Below, one piece after another: positions 10,093 through 20,604 of a stretch of DNA of 64,000 nt (its first letter is position 1; each line of letters starts with the position of its first letter). This DNA is from Candidatus Poribacteria bacterium. Lineage in GTDB: Bacteria; Poribacteria; WGA-4E; WGA-3G. Under the pieces are notes generated by a model. The model was not told the origin of the DNA, made no database searches, and worked only from the letters and a program-made list of their open reading frames with translations. The stretch is taken from positions 1,024,001 through 1,088,000 of the forward strand of contig OZ219753.1 of NCBI GenBank assembly GCA_964291315.2, read 5' to 3'. The translations under genes and the position numbers were made by a program.

Positions 10093-11118
10093 ATGGTCAA
10101 AACGGCTAAGATCGGAGTTGGTGTTATCGGAACAGGGCGTATCGGCAAAATGCATATTGAGCACCTCGTTCAGAGTATACCGGAAGCTGATCTTGTGGCG
10201 CTTTGTGGTCTTGAACGCCCGATTGTGGACAATCTCGCGGCACAGTTTAGTGTGGCGGAAACCACAGATGATTACACCGAGCTATTAGCCAATTCAGAGA
10301 TTGATGCGGTGCTTATCGCCTCCGCTACCGATACACATGTGGAAATCTGTCAAGCGGCTGCGAAAGCTGCGAAGCATGTGTTTTGTGAGAAACCGATTGC
10401 ATTGGATTTGAAACAGATTGACGAGACTTTGTCTATCGTTGAGAGGGCGGGGGTTAAATTTCAGGTTGGTTTCCAGCGTAGGTTTGATGTGAGTTTCATG
10501 CGAGTTCGCGAGGCGATCATTTCTGGGGAGATTGGTGAGCCCAATATCTTGCGCATTACGAGTCGTGACCCGGCACCGCCGCCGATTGAATATATCAAGG
10601 GCTCCGGTGGTATTTTTCTTGACATGAGCATCCATGATTTTGACATGGCGCGCTATCTTATCGGGGATGAAGTTGTAGAGGTTTATGCTATAGGGGCGGT
10701 GCGTGTAGATTCTCGAATCGGTGAGGCGGGTGACATTGATACGGCTGTTATCACCTTACGATTCCAAAACGGTGTTATTGCAACGATTGACAATAGCAGA
10801 GAGGCTGTCTACGGTTATGACCAGCGAGTTGAAGTTTTTGGTTCAAAGGGGATGATTACGGCGGCAAATCCGTTGACGGATACTGTTACCTTCAGTGGTA
10901 GTGAGGCGACTCGCGGTGCGCTGCCTCCATACTTTTTTGTGGAGCGTTATAAGGCTGCCTACCTTTCGGAGTTACGGTCGTTTTTTGCGTGTATTCAAGA
11001 GGATACTGTGCCCGTGGTTACAGGTGCGGATGGGCGTGCTCCTGTTGCAATGGGGCTAGCTGCGCTGAGGTCGTTTCGTGAGAACCGTCCGGTCGGCTTA
11101 TCTGAGGTGTCGGCTTAG
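10093..11118 (+). CDS. iolG: myo-inositol 2-dehydrogenase (Gfo/Idh/MocA)
   Basis: GTGRIG, CEKP, GFQRRFD, DMSIHDFD and YGYDQRVEVFGS motifs. Confidence 0.8.
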   Translation: MVKTAKIGVGVIGTGRIGKMHIEHLVQSIPEADLVALCGLERPIVDNLAAQFSVAETTDDYTELLANSEIDAVLIASATDTHVEICQAAAKAAKHVFCEKPIALDLKQIDETLSIVERAGVKFQVGFQRRFDVSFMRVREAIISGEIGEPNILRITSRDPAPPPIEYIKGSGGIFLDMSIHDFDMARYLIGDEVVEVYAIGAVRVDSRIGEAGDIDTAVITLRFQNGVIATIDNSREAVYGYDQRVEVFGSKGMITAANPLTDTVTFSGSEATRGALPPYFFVERYKAAYLSELRSFFACIQEDTVPVVTGADGRAPVAMGLAALRSFRENRPVGLSEVSA

Positions 11119-11134
11119 TTGTTTGTGGTGTTTG

Positions 11135-11863
11135 TTAATGACCGCCGACTTCCCCGACTTCGATGTCAATTTCGTTTCGATTTCTGACTCGTTCGACGAG
11201 GCCGTCTCGGATGTCTACAATCCTATCAGAGACGTCGAGCATCTTGAGGTCATGTGTAGCCGAGATTATTGTGACGCCTTGATCTTCATTGAGCTGTTTA
11301 ATCAGGTCGATAATTTCGCGTCCTATAACGGTATCGAGATTTGCTGTTGGTTCGTCTGCGAGGACGATGCTGGGGTCATTTGCGAGGGCTCTAGCGATAG
11401 CGACGCGTTGTCGTTGTCCGCCGGAGAGTTCGTCGGGCAGATGGTACATCCTGTCTCCGAGTCCTACCATGGCGAGCAGTTTTTCGGCTTTCTCATTTCG
11501 TGCCTTTTCGGGGAGTCCGGCGAAGATCATCGGTAGGGTTACGTTGCCGTGTGCGCTTCGGACGGGCAGCAGGTTATAGCTTTGAAAGATATAACCGACT
11601 CGGTGGCATCGAAAGGCTGCGATCTGTCTTTGGGAAAGTTGGGACATATTTTGCCCGTCGATGTACACTTGTCCGTCTGTAGGGGTATCAAGTGCGCCAA
11701 TCATGTTAAAGAGGGTAGATTTGCCGGATCCGGAGGGTCCCATTAGGGAGATGTATTCTCCGCGCTGGATCTCAATATTGATGCCGTCTAAAGCGCGGAG
11801 TACATTTGAGCCCATTCGGTATTCTTTGACGACGTTTTCGGTTTTCACGACGATATCAGCCAT
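11135..11863 (-). CDS. ABC transporter ATP-binding protein (LolD/MacB-like)
   Basis: GPSGSGKST, LSGGQRQR, LADEPT and ATHD motifs. Confidence 0.9.
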   Translation of the reverse strand: MADIVVKTENVVKEYRMGSNVLRALDGINIEIQRGEYISLMGPSGSGKSTLFNMIGALDTPTDGQVYIDGQNMSQLSQRQIAAFRCHRVGYIFQSYNLLPVRSAHGNVTLPMIFAGLPEKARNEKAEKLLAMVGLGDRMYHLPDELSGGQRQRVAIARALANDPSIVLADEPTANLDTVIGREIIDLIKQLNEDQGVTIISATHDLKMLDVSDRIVDIRDGLVERVRNRNEIDIEVGEVGGH

Positions 11864-11953
11864 AACCTTTTCCTTCTTTGTTGTGCGACGCGGTTGTAGA
11901 GTGGTGCGTCAGTGGTTTTTCTGTTGCGTTACAAGGGTCATGTTTAGCTGCGG

Positions 11954-12631
11954 TTAAACCTCGGTGCGCATTGCCTCAGCGGGTGGTAGTTTTGCGGCGC
12001 GCCATGCTGGAAACGATGAGCCGATTACGGCTAGTATCATTCCGAGAAAGCATCCTAATAAGATAATAACTATGACTCCGAGGCGCATGGGGCCTTCTTC
12101 AGGCTGCACTGGTAAGAGTGGGAAATAGAAAAACAGGTCTAAGCCGTAGTCTTTAAGTCCTAAGAGTACGGCTCCGAGCGTACCAATGAGTGCGCCGATG
12201 AGTGCGCCTGAAAATCCTTGGAATCCTGATTCGAGTAAAAAGAGGCGGACCACGAATCCGTCTAATGCGCCTAGGCATTTCATTGTGCCAATTTCTCGGA
12301 AGCGTTCTGTGACGGCCATCAGCATCGAATTTGCGATTCCGACGACACAAACGATCAATGACATAACGATCAACCAGATATCTTTTGTGGTAATACCTTG
12401 TTCGGTTGTGTCTTCAAAAGTGTTAATTGTTGATTGTCGTCCGCTTTCTTGTAGGGCGAGGTCAATTTCGTTATTTGTCCATACGGAGACTAAGAAAGCT
12501 ATTCCGAGCGTGATGCCTGCTGTTGTAATAATGGAGCGTCCGAAACGTATTTTCAAGCTTTGGAAGCTAATCCGTAGCGATTCCAAGAAAGGGAGATCAA
12601 TCTGTTCTTCGATTGGTTTTTTCTGCTGCAA
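11954..12631 (-). CDS. ABC transporter permease, FtsX/MacB C-terminal type
   Basis: GIANSMLMAVTERFREIGTMKCLGA and PAWRAAKLPPAEAMR. Confidence 0.85.
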   Translation of the reverse strand: MQQKKPIEEQIDLPFLESLRISFQSLKIRFGRSIITTAGITLGIAFLVSVWTNNEIDLALQESGRQSTINTFEDTTEQGITTKDIWLIVMSLIVCVVGIANSMLMAVTERFREIGTMKCLGALDGFVVRLFLLESGFQGFSGALIGALIGTLGAVLLGLKDYGLDLFFYFPLLPVQPEEGPMRLGVIVIILLGCFLGMILAVIGSSFPAWRAAKLPPAEAMRTEV

Positions 12632-12736
12632 ATTTCTGCCTCCTTAATTCATAATCTATTTACGTATTGTATCAAATTCAGAGTTTAAAGTCAAATTTTT
12701 GTTGTATGTAATTTAGTAGATGCTGCGTGTATGGAA

Positions 12737-12765
12737 TTGACGCTTCAATGCTTACCTGCTATAAT
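12737..12765 (+). promoter_or_regulatory. sigma-70 promoter
   Basis: TTGACG-17nt-TATAAT with extended TG, followed by a GGAGG RBS. Confidence 0.7.
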
Positions 12766-12788
12766 GATTGCAAACGGAGGTGTAAAGG

Positions 12789-13409
12789 ATGCCTAGATTT
12801 CTTTTTGTTTTTGCGTTTCTAGTTTTATGTATTGCGCTGCTATGTTGGTTGCCCCGGGTTTCAGCGCATGATACTTTCTATCCACACCATCGTGAAGATT
12901 TTGAGGATATAACGCGGCGCCGTGAATTGCGGGGCACTGTTGTTCTCATCACAATCGCCTTTGTGGGTGTAGTGGGAACGATGGTTTATATGGCGTTACG
13001 AAAAAGTAGCCCTGAAGACAGAAGGGAAGAGATAGCCCTCAAAGTGGTTCAGGAGCGCTTGGAATGTGCTGCCAGGGCGGCGGCGAGAGCCGCGCGACAG
13101 GTTCTCACTACTCGCAGCAATATCGAAGAGGCCGCTACAAGTGCTCTCACAACTTATGCTGAAACTTGTGGTATTTCTTGGCGCCGGCATTCTTATAGGG
13201 CAGTCAATACCGACTCTGTGCCGTATCAAATTCGCTGCACAATTGGAAACGACGTTGTCACTCTTGTTATCAATGCCAGTACCGTGCAAATAAAGGCTGA
13301 CCACTACTTTTCTAAGAGTGGTTTTGATTCAGAACGGATGTCAAAAGGGGCAAGTGTAACCGCTGTGCTGAAAATTAGAGGTGAGAAAGAGGAGTGGTCT
13401 TTAAAATAG
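12789..13409 (+). CDS. Hypothetical membrane protein
   Basis: Promoter and RBS, signal peptide and one TM helix. Confidence 0.6.
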   Translation: MPRFLFVFAFLVLCIALLCWLPRVSAHDTFYPHHREDFEDITRRRELRGTVVLITIAFVGVVGTMVYMALRKSSPEDRREEIALKVVQERLECAARAAARAARQVLTTRSNIEEAATSALTTYAETCGISWRRHSYRAVNTDSVPYQIRCTIGNDVVTLVINASTVQIKADHYFSKSGFDSERMSKGASVTAVLKIRGEKEEWSLK

Positions 13410-13421
13410 GGAGTTAGCGAG

Positions 13422-14189
13422 TTATGCTATAAGCTGATTGATGAGAGAGGCGCTATAACCTGCCCCGAAACCGTTATCAATGTTCACGACGGTAACGCCG
13501 GATGCGCAACTGTTAAGCATGCCTAATAGTGCGGCTAGTCCGCCGAAACTGGCGCCGTAACCGATGCTTGTTGGTACGGCAATGACTGGGCAGTTGACTA
13601 GTCCGCCGACTACGCTTGGGAGTGCGCCTTCCATACCGGCGACAACGATAATAACGCGCGCTGTGAGAAGTTTCTGATGATTGCTTATTAATCGGTGTAA
13701 CCCTGCGACTCCGACATCGTAAAGTCGTTCGGGTTGGTTTCCCATGATTTGTGCTGTTTCGGCGGCTTCCTCGGCTACGGGCAAGTCAGATGTACCTGCG
13801 GAGACAACGAGGATACCGGCGGCCCCTGTTTCTTCGGATTGGACAAGGGTGATCGTTCGTGCAAGGGCATTATAGCGTGCTTCGGATGCGATTTCCTTCA
13901 CGGCTTCGTACATATCCGGTGTGGCTCGAGTTGCTAGGAGTGGATGCCCTGCGGCTAGGATACGTTCGCTAATCTGTTTCACGTGTGTCACCGTCTTTCC
14001 CTCACAGAAAATGACTTCTGGAAATCCGGTACGAAGTTGCCGGTGATGATCAATTTTTGAAAACCCTAAGTCTTCGAACGGAAGGAGTCGGAGAGACTGT
14101 AGTGCATCTTCTACTGTGAGTTTTCCGTGTTTGACTTGTTCAAGTAGGGTTTTTAAATTTGCGATTTCCATTGATTTTAAGAGAGACAC
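13422..14189 (-). CDS. larB: Nickel-pincer cofactor biosynthesis protein LarB (AIR carboxylase-like)
   Basis: DHHRQLRTGFPEVIFCEGKT, AGTSDLPVAEEA, DVGVAGLHRL and VVNIDNGFGAG. Confidence 0.85.
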   Translation of the reverse strand: MSLLKSMEIANLKTLLEQVKHGKLTVEDALQSLRLLPFEDLGFSKIDHHRQLRTGFPEVIFCEGKTVTHVKQISERILAAGHPLLATRATPDMYEAVKEIASEARYNALARTITLVQSEETGAAGILVVSAGTSDLPVAEEAAETAQIMGNQPERLYDVGVAGLHRLISNHQKLLTARVIIVVAGMEGALPSVVGGLVNCPVIAVPTSIGYGASFGGLAALLGMLNSCASGVTVVNIDNGFGAGYSASLINQLIA

Positions 14190-14281
14190 TATTTCTGTTG
14201 CGAGCTCATTGAATGTGGCTGTATTGGTAGTAGTTGTGAGGAGCGGGCTTAGCGCCCGCTCACTCTACAGTGAAGAGCTGC

Positions 14282-14692
14282 TTAGGCGTCCTCGGCGGTG
14301 TTTTCGTCGTCTTCGTTTGTGTCACTCATCCCTGGGATGGAGCCGGCAATTTTTGCACGAACATCTGCGGAGACTCTGCGTCCGGCGTCCACGGCCTCTT
14401 TGACTTGTTCACCTGCGGCGTGTATCCGTTCTTTGCTGCTATCTACGGCGCCTTGGACGCTCTCTTTGCCTTGTTTTATGAGGTCTTGTGCGTTCTGTCG
14501 TGCACTATCGGAGGTTTGCTGTGCAAACTCGACGGTTCGATGCTTTGCTTCAACAGATTTATCGCGAATTTTCTGGCGGGTTTCTCTGCCGGAAGTGGGT
14601 GCGTAAAGCAGACTGATGACAGCTCCTGCCATAAATCCTGTGAAGAAAGCGAAAATCATGCCGAGTCCATTGTTTTGTCCATTATTGCTCAT
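14282..14692 (-). CDS. YtxH domain-containing protein
   Basis: GFMAGAVISLLYAPTSGRETR followed by a coiled coil. Confidence 0.85.
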   Translation of the reverse strand: MSNNGQNNGLGMIFAFFTGFMAGAVISLLYAPTSGRETRQKIRDKSVEAKHRTVEFAQQTSDSARQNAQDLIKQGKESVQGAVDSSKERIHAAGEQVKEAVDAGRRVSADVRAKIAGSIPGMSDTNEDDENTAEDA

Positions 14693-14890
14693 TTTTTTGT
14701 CCTTTCTATTAAGTAAATGATTGATTTGTTTTGGGTATAGCCCAAAACTTGAGATTGGCGTTTACAAAAAACGGGTCAGAAGATTTTGATTCTGACATTT
14801 CCCGCTTGATGCAATCGCTATTTTTGCAACATGCAGGTAGCGATACAAATGTTATGTGCATTTCCTTTCATGCGAAGAATTTATATTAGG

Positions 14891-15448
14891 CTACGCTTCG
14901 GATGTTTCTGCCGCTGGTGTTTTTTTTTCGTGGTGAGGCGCTGGAGACGAGGCGAAACTGTCCCATCCGGCTTTGATACCTTGCCACATGCCGACGATAT
15001 CAGCTAGCGAAACTGCTAATTGGTTTCGGAAAAAAGTGGCTTGTTCGATTGTTTGCCCGGAGAAATTGCCGACTTTTTGAACCAATTCTTGAAGTTCCTG
15101 AATACTTTGATTTAGTGCCTCGCTCATTTCTTGGATATTATGTACGGTTGGTTGAATCTCAGATTCGCTGATTTTCTGCAAAGAGGCGGTCAATCCGTTT
15201 AGATTTTGCAGCAATCCTGGTAGTTCTTTATTGACTTCTTTGACAGTCTTATCGACATCTGATATCAATTCAGCGATTTCTTGGTTGAGGATACTTTCCG
15301 TGGAATTTAAAGTGTTTCGGATACTATTCAGCGAGTTGGAGAGGTTACCAATTGCTGCGCATAGATAGCCTGCTAGGGCTGTAAGTGCGAGTAGCAAAAC
15401 ACCGAGACCAAATTTCCAAAAAATTGAGGCAACAACACTCCACTCCAT
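14891..15448 (-). CDS. DUF948/YtxG-like membrane-anchored coiled-coil protein
   Basis: N-terminal TM helix, heptad-rich body, adjacent to the YtxH gene. Confidence 0.55.
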   Translation of the reverse strand: MEWSVVASIFWKFGLGVLLLALTALAGYLCAAIGNLSNSLNSIRNTLNSTESILNQEIAELISDVDKTVKEVNKELPGLLQNLNGLTASLQKISESEIQPTVHNIQEMSEALNQSIQELQELVQKVGNFSGQTIEQATFFRNQLAVSLADIVGMWQGIKAGWDSFASSPAPHHEKKTPAAETSEA

Positions 15449-15518
15449 AACTTCTCCTTTATATATATATTATAGCCACGTCTTTTTTTCTGCTGTAAAA
15501 GGCGTGGTGTCTGCATGT

Positions 15519-18175
15519 TCAAATTTCAACGTGTTTCTTGACAATTTCGGGGGCAGCAGCGATTGCGGCGTTGACTTTGCTTGTATTTTTGCTGCCTCCT
15601 TGTGCGAGCTCGGGATGCCCGCCGCCGCGGCCGTCTGCGAGTTGGGTTAGCTCGGAGATGATTTTACCGGCATGCAACCCGCGATTTTTCACAATGTCGG
15701 GAGTTACCCCGACTACGAACGCTGCGCTGTCTCCTGTGACAGATGCTAGTGCTACGATGCCAGATTCCAGGCGATTTTTGAGTTCATCGACGAGTCGTCG
15801 TAACCCTTCTCGCTCTGTGTTGGGCACGACTGAAGCGACGATTTGCACGTCCTGCACAATTGTGGTTTGGTCGACCAAGTTGCCGATATTAGCGAGGGCT
15901 TTCTGTTTCTTCAGTTGTTGGAGCTCCTGTTCCAGTTCTCTTTGCTCTTGGAGCAATCGTTCGATGCGTTCGGGCAAACCTGTTTTAGGCGTTTTCAACA
16001 GGTTGGCTATATTGGAAAGGAGGAGGGTGTCATCTTGGACTACTGATACTGCAGCTGTGCCGGTTAGTGCTTCAAGGCGCCTAACGCCTGCGGCAATACT
16101 ACTTTCGGCTATCAGTTTGACGAAACCGATTTCGCCGGTTGCATTGACGTGTGTGCCTCCGCATAATTCAACACTATATTCGCCGGCTTGCACGACTCGC
16201 ACAATGCTTCCGTACTGGTCTCCGAAGAGGCTAATGCCCCTGTTGCTTTTGCTTGATTTAATGGCATTTCGTTGATAGATAGCGCATCGTTTGCACGGAT
16301 CTTCTCGTTGACAAATTCTTCAATCTCGCGGAGTTGTTGTAGTGAGACGGCTTCGTAGTGTGAAAAGTCGAACCGGAGTCTGCCGGCTTCAACGAGGGAT
16401 CCTGCTTGTGCCACGTGTGTTCCGAGTACTCGTCGCAAGCCGCTGTGCAAGAGATGCGTTGCGGTGTGACTTATAGCGATGGCGCTTCTATGTGTGGTGT
16501 CAATGTGTGCGTTCACAAGCGTATATGGTTTAATTTTGCCGTTTAGCACCTGACACTTATGAACGACTAAATCGGCAGAGGGTTTGAGCGTGTTTTGTAC
16601 ATGCAGTTGTGCGCTTTGGTTTTCAATAGTGCCGACATCACCGACTTGTCCGCCGGACTCACCGTAAAAAGGGGTGCGGTTCAGGATGACGAATACTTCA
16701 TCGTCTTGTTGTGCGCTGCTGACTCGCTCGGAATCGGCAATTAAGGCGACAATTTCTGCCTGTATATTGTGTTGTGTGTAGCCGACGAATTCAGTTTCTC
16801 CATGTTCTTTGAGAATTTCGGCATAAACAGCGATTGGGTCTTGCTTTGAACGGTCTTTTAGCTGCCATGCTGCGCGTCCTTGTGCGCGTTGGGTTTCCAT
16901 GCTGTGTTCGAATCCAGCTGCGTCGACAGTGAAACCGCGTTCGCGAGCAAGCATTTGTGTCAAATCGAGCGGGAATCCGAACGTATCGTACAACTCGAAA
17001 GCGCGCTTTCCGTCAAGTTCGTTTTCCTTTTTTTCTGTGAGAGTGTTGAATGAGGTGTCAAGGAGTTCTAGTCCGCGTTCGATTGTTTGATGGAAGCGCT
17101 GTTCTTCGGTTTGAATTGTGCGGGTGATGAATTCACGGCCTGGTAGGATATCGGGGAAGACGTCTCCGAGCAATTCAATTACCTTATCGACGAGTCGGTA
17201 AATGAAGGCTTCGTTCATATTTAATTTTTTGCCGTAAAGTACAGCGCGTCGCAAGATTCGGCGGATGACGTAGCCGCGTCCTTCATTAGAGGGCATCACG
17301 CCGTCGCCAATTGCGAAGGTTAAACATCTGATGTGATCGGCGATCACTCGGTGGGGTAACCCGAGTTCGTCATCAGAATACGCAGTTTCTGTGATGTCAG
17401 AGATAGTTGACAAAAGGGGCACAAACAGGTCTGTCTTGTAGTTTGAGTCAACTGCTTGTAATATGGAGGTAATCCGTTCGAACCCCATACCTGTGTCCAC
17501 GTGTGTTGTAGGCAGGGGTTCAAGTGCGCCGTTCTTATTTCGATTGTATTGAATGAACACCAGGTTCCAGAATTCTCGGAATCTCTCGCTGGTGTTTGGG
17601 CCGGCGTTGGGATCGGATGCGGTTTCGGGGAAGGCGTCGACTCCCATATCAACAAAAAGTTCGCTGCATGGCCCGCAGGGTCCTGTTTCTCCCATTTCCC
17701 AAAAGTTATCTTTATCACAGCGGCGGATCCGCGAGAGTGGGAGGTCGGTTTCTTGCAGCCAAAGTTTTTCTGTTTCGTCGTCCTCGAGGTATATCGTTGC
17801 CCAGAGCCGCTCTGCGGGAATCTGCCAGAATTCGGTTACCAATTCCCAAGCGAATGCGATGGCTTCCTGCTTATAATAGTCCCCAAATGACCAGTTTCCA
17901 AGCATTTCGAAGAAGGTGTGATGGCTGGGCGAATGGCCGACTTCTTCAAGATCGTTGTGTTTTCCGCTGACTCGCAAACATCTTTGGGTATCAACGGCGC
18001 GTGTATACTCGCGTTGCCCGATACCTAGGAACACGTCCTTGAATTGGTTCATGCCGGCGTTGGTGAACAACAAGGTTGGGTCATCGGCAGGTATCAAGGA
18101 TGCGCTTGGGACGATTGTGTGTCCGTGTTTGCGGAAGTATTCAAGGAAACTGGTTCTAATCTCGTCTGATGTCAT
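15519..18175 (-). CDS. alaS: Alanine--tRNA ligase, split by a 1-bp deletion near 16229-16230
   Basis: DPTLLFTNAGMNQFK, HTATHLL, ELCGGTH and GGGHPELAQGG; adding one C restores ALFGDQYGSIVRVV. Confidence 0.95.
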
Positions 18176-18423
18176 GTATAGATATTCTCCTAAGGGGCGT
18201 TTGCGGAGTGAAGCTATAGAAAGACAGTTAGGGTCTAGTTGCGTTTGGGCCGCGATATTTTGAGTCTCAAAGCGGTTAACGGTAGATTCGGTATTTCTTT
18301 AGGCTCCTCGGTTGTTGCGGGTTCTCCACATCTTATTTCTGCTATATCAATTATAGTCTATTTGCCTAGATGAAGTCAAGCCAAAAATCTGGGTAGATAG
18401 TCTTGGTAATTTGCCCCGATGTG

Positions 18424-19104
18424 TTAAAAAATTTGGTTAATGACCTGTTGCACAATTTCCGATTCAAATCCGCGCCGCGCCAAAAATCCGTGTAGTCGGC
18501 GTTTAGCGACGTGAGCTGGTAACTGGCGGTACTGTTTCATGCGTTTCTGGGCGATTTGAAGTGCGAGCTTGGTTTCTTCTGTGGTTTCTACTTGTGCGAC
18601 GACTTGTTCGGCGGTTTCGCGTTCAACGCCCTTATTGAGCAGTTCATGTTTTAGTAAGATTTTGCCGCGTGGATTGGATTTTTGCCGCCGTGCCACCCAA
18701 TTCTCGGCGTATTTTCGGTCGCGAATATGCCCTGAATCAATTAGTTCATCAATAACTGTCTGGATGGCTTTTTCCGAAAAATTTTCTGTTGCGAGTTGTT
18801 GCCTCATCTCACTTTTGGTATAGGTTTTTGGCTTTGCTATAGGCAGGGGGTTTTCTGTTTCGTCCACTGCTTGATTACTTATTTCTTCGCGGCATAATTT
18901 GAGGGCGTAGTTTTTCGCGCGCATTACTTCATCGGCTGCAATTAACTTTTCAATGACTTCGGTTTCAATCTGCAAACCGATGCGCAGCCCGAAGTTTTCA
19001 ATCAAAACGGTATGAAGGACAACAAATGGTGCGCCATTTAGGAAGATCTGGGAATATGAGGGCAATTCAGGCACTGCCTGAATATCGGTGATCTGCTGTT
19101 TCAT
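18424..19104 (-). CDS. recX: Regulatory protein RecX
   Basis: PRGKILLKHELLNKGV and RLHGFLARRGF. Confidence 0.8.
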   Translation of the reverse strand: MKQQITDIQAVPELPSYSQIFLNGAPFVVLHTVLIENFGLRIGLQIETEVIEKLIAADEVMRAKNYALKLCREEISNQAVDETENPLPIAKPKTYTKSEMRQQLATENFSEKAIQTVIDELIDSGHIRDRKYAENWVARRQKSNPRGKILLKHELLNKGVERETAEQVVAQVETTEETKLALQIAQKRMKQYRQLPAHVAKRRLHGFLARRGFESEIVQQVINQIF

Positions 19105-19256
19105 GTCTTTTTGGGGCTCTTAGGAGATCTTCATTGATAAGAAATGCAGAATGCTGTTGAGCGCGAAGTTTAGAATGTATTGTGTGAAAGCTTGCATTGC
19201 GATGACCTCGCGCTTCAACGGGACTGTATATCCGCTATAACGAAAAGTTGTAGGGC

Positions 19257-19889
19257 TTATTCGTTGTTGGTTCTGCCTGCCCAGAGTGCGCCGCGCTGCA
19301 GGAGTGTGCCAAACATTTCGTGCCGGCATGCGGCTGCATCGTGGCCGAGTGCAAGATAGAAAACTTTACCTTTCCCCCAATTTTTTGTCCATGCCACTGG
19401 TGCTGCATTGCCTTTCCACAAAGCTGATGCTAGGACATGGTTCCGGGGGTCGTAATCAAGGATGTATTGTTCGTCTGTCACGGTGAATTCGTCGAGGCCT
19501 TCTGTGATTTCATGGTCGGTATCGACGATGCTGACTTGGTAGTCTCGGTAGCGCGGGTGTGTGACAAAATGTCCGCCTACCATTGAACGATATTCTGGAC
19601 ACTCGCGGAATGAATCGGCTGCAGAGTGTACGCCGACATAGCCTTTGCCTGAAGCGATATGGTTGAGCAGACCGTTCTTTTGAGCGTCTGAAATCTCACC
19701 TATAGTGTAATAGAAAACGATGAGATCGTAGGGGTCTAAATTCGGTGAGACGAGGGTGTCGAGGTCTTGTTCGACTCTAGTAATATGAAATTCATCTCGC
19801 TGTGAAAGGGTTTTCACGATTTCATCACTGCACCCTTTCCAGTCGTGAATTGCGCCCCCTGCAAAAACGAGTGTGTTAATTTTTGCCAT
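19257..19889 (-). CDS. ThuA-like (class I glutamine amidotransferase fold) protein
   Basis: GYVGVHSAADSF, DEQY and GKGKVFYLALGH. Confidence 0.8.
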   Translation of the reverse strand: MAKINTLVFAGGAIHDWKGCSDEIVKTLSQRDEFHITRVEQDLDTLVSPNLDPYDLIVFYYTIGEISDAQKNGLLNHIASGKGYVGVHSAADSFRECPEYRSMVGGHFVTHPRYRDYQVSIVDTDHEITEGLDEFTVTDEQYILDYDPRNHVLASALWKGNAAPVAWTKNWGKGKVFYLALGHDAAACRHEMFGTLLQRGALWAGRTNNE

Positions 19890-20047
19890 TCGTTGGCCTC
19901 CTAGTTATGTGATATTGGTATTATATCATGTGTGTAGAGATACGGTCAACTTTTTTCGTGAATTTGCACAACCCTATGTGGTGTGGTATAATGGTAGGGT
20001 GTTTTGGAGCGTTTTTGTCCACTTTTTTTGCGACGATAGGAGGCTAT

Positions 20048-20560
20048 ATGCCGAAAAAAATCGCCATATTTCCAGCGAGTTTTGATCCCGTTACAAATGG
20101 GCACATTGACCTTATTGATCGGATTTGCAATCTCGGTATCTTTGATGAGCTTATAGTGGCTATAGGTGTCAATCCTGCTAAGCCTGCGCGTTTCACGTTT
20201 GAGGAACGCACCGAGATGCTTGGGGTGGTTATTGAACCGTATCCGCAGGCGACGATTGATGGTTATACTGGGTTAACAGTTCATTATGCGCAGGCGCGTG
20301 GGGCGTGCACGATTGTTCGGGGTCTCCGCGCGGTTTCCGATTTTGAATGGGAGTTCAAGATGGCGCGGATGAATCAGCAGATTGCGCCGGATGTTGATAC
20401 CCTCTTCATGATGGCGAATACGAGATATGCATATATCAGTTCTACCCTGGTGATGGAAGTTGTGCAGATGGCGCAGCAGGGGTTAAACGCAGAGAAATTG
20501 GCGGAGATAGTGCCGGAAATTGTAGTTGAATTTATCAAGAAAAAATTTGGAATCTCGTAA
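20048..20560 (+). CDS. coaD: Phosphopantetheine adenylyltransferase
   Basis: FPASFDPVTNGHID, RGLRAVSDFEWE and ISST; start reassigned to the ATG after AGGAGG. Confidence 0.9.
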   Translation: MPKKIAIFPASFDPVTNGHIDLIDRICNLGIFDELIVAIGVNPAKPARFTFEERTEMLGVVIEPYPQATIDGYTGLTVHYAQARGACTIVRGLRAVSDFEWEFKMARMNQQIAPDVDTLFMMANTRYAYISSTLVMEVVQMAQQGLNAEKLAEIVPEIVVEFIKKKFGIS

Positions 20561-20604
20561 ATTGTAGGGGCAGTTTTCAACTATGCTCTTTACATGCTGG
20601 TTGT

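Noticed and set aside
13422-14189. larB without larA, larC or larE nearby
   Set aside because: Dispersed lar genes are common, so this is not unusual
14835-14863. GGTAGCGATA-CAAATG-TTATGTGCATT as a dif-like site
   Set aside because: Poor match in both arms and about 15 kb from the apparent skew switch
15538-16275. 245-aa + strand ORF and many similar antisense ORFs in the track
   Set aside because: Shadow frames of well-supported genes, with no motifs or RBS
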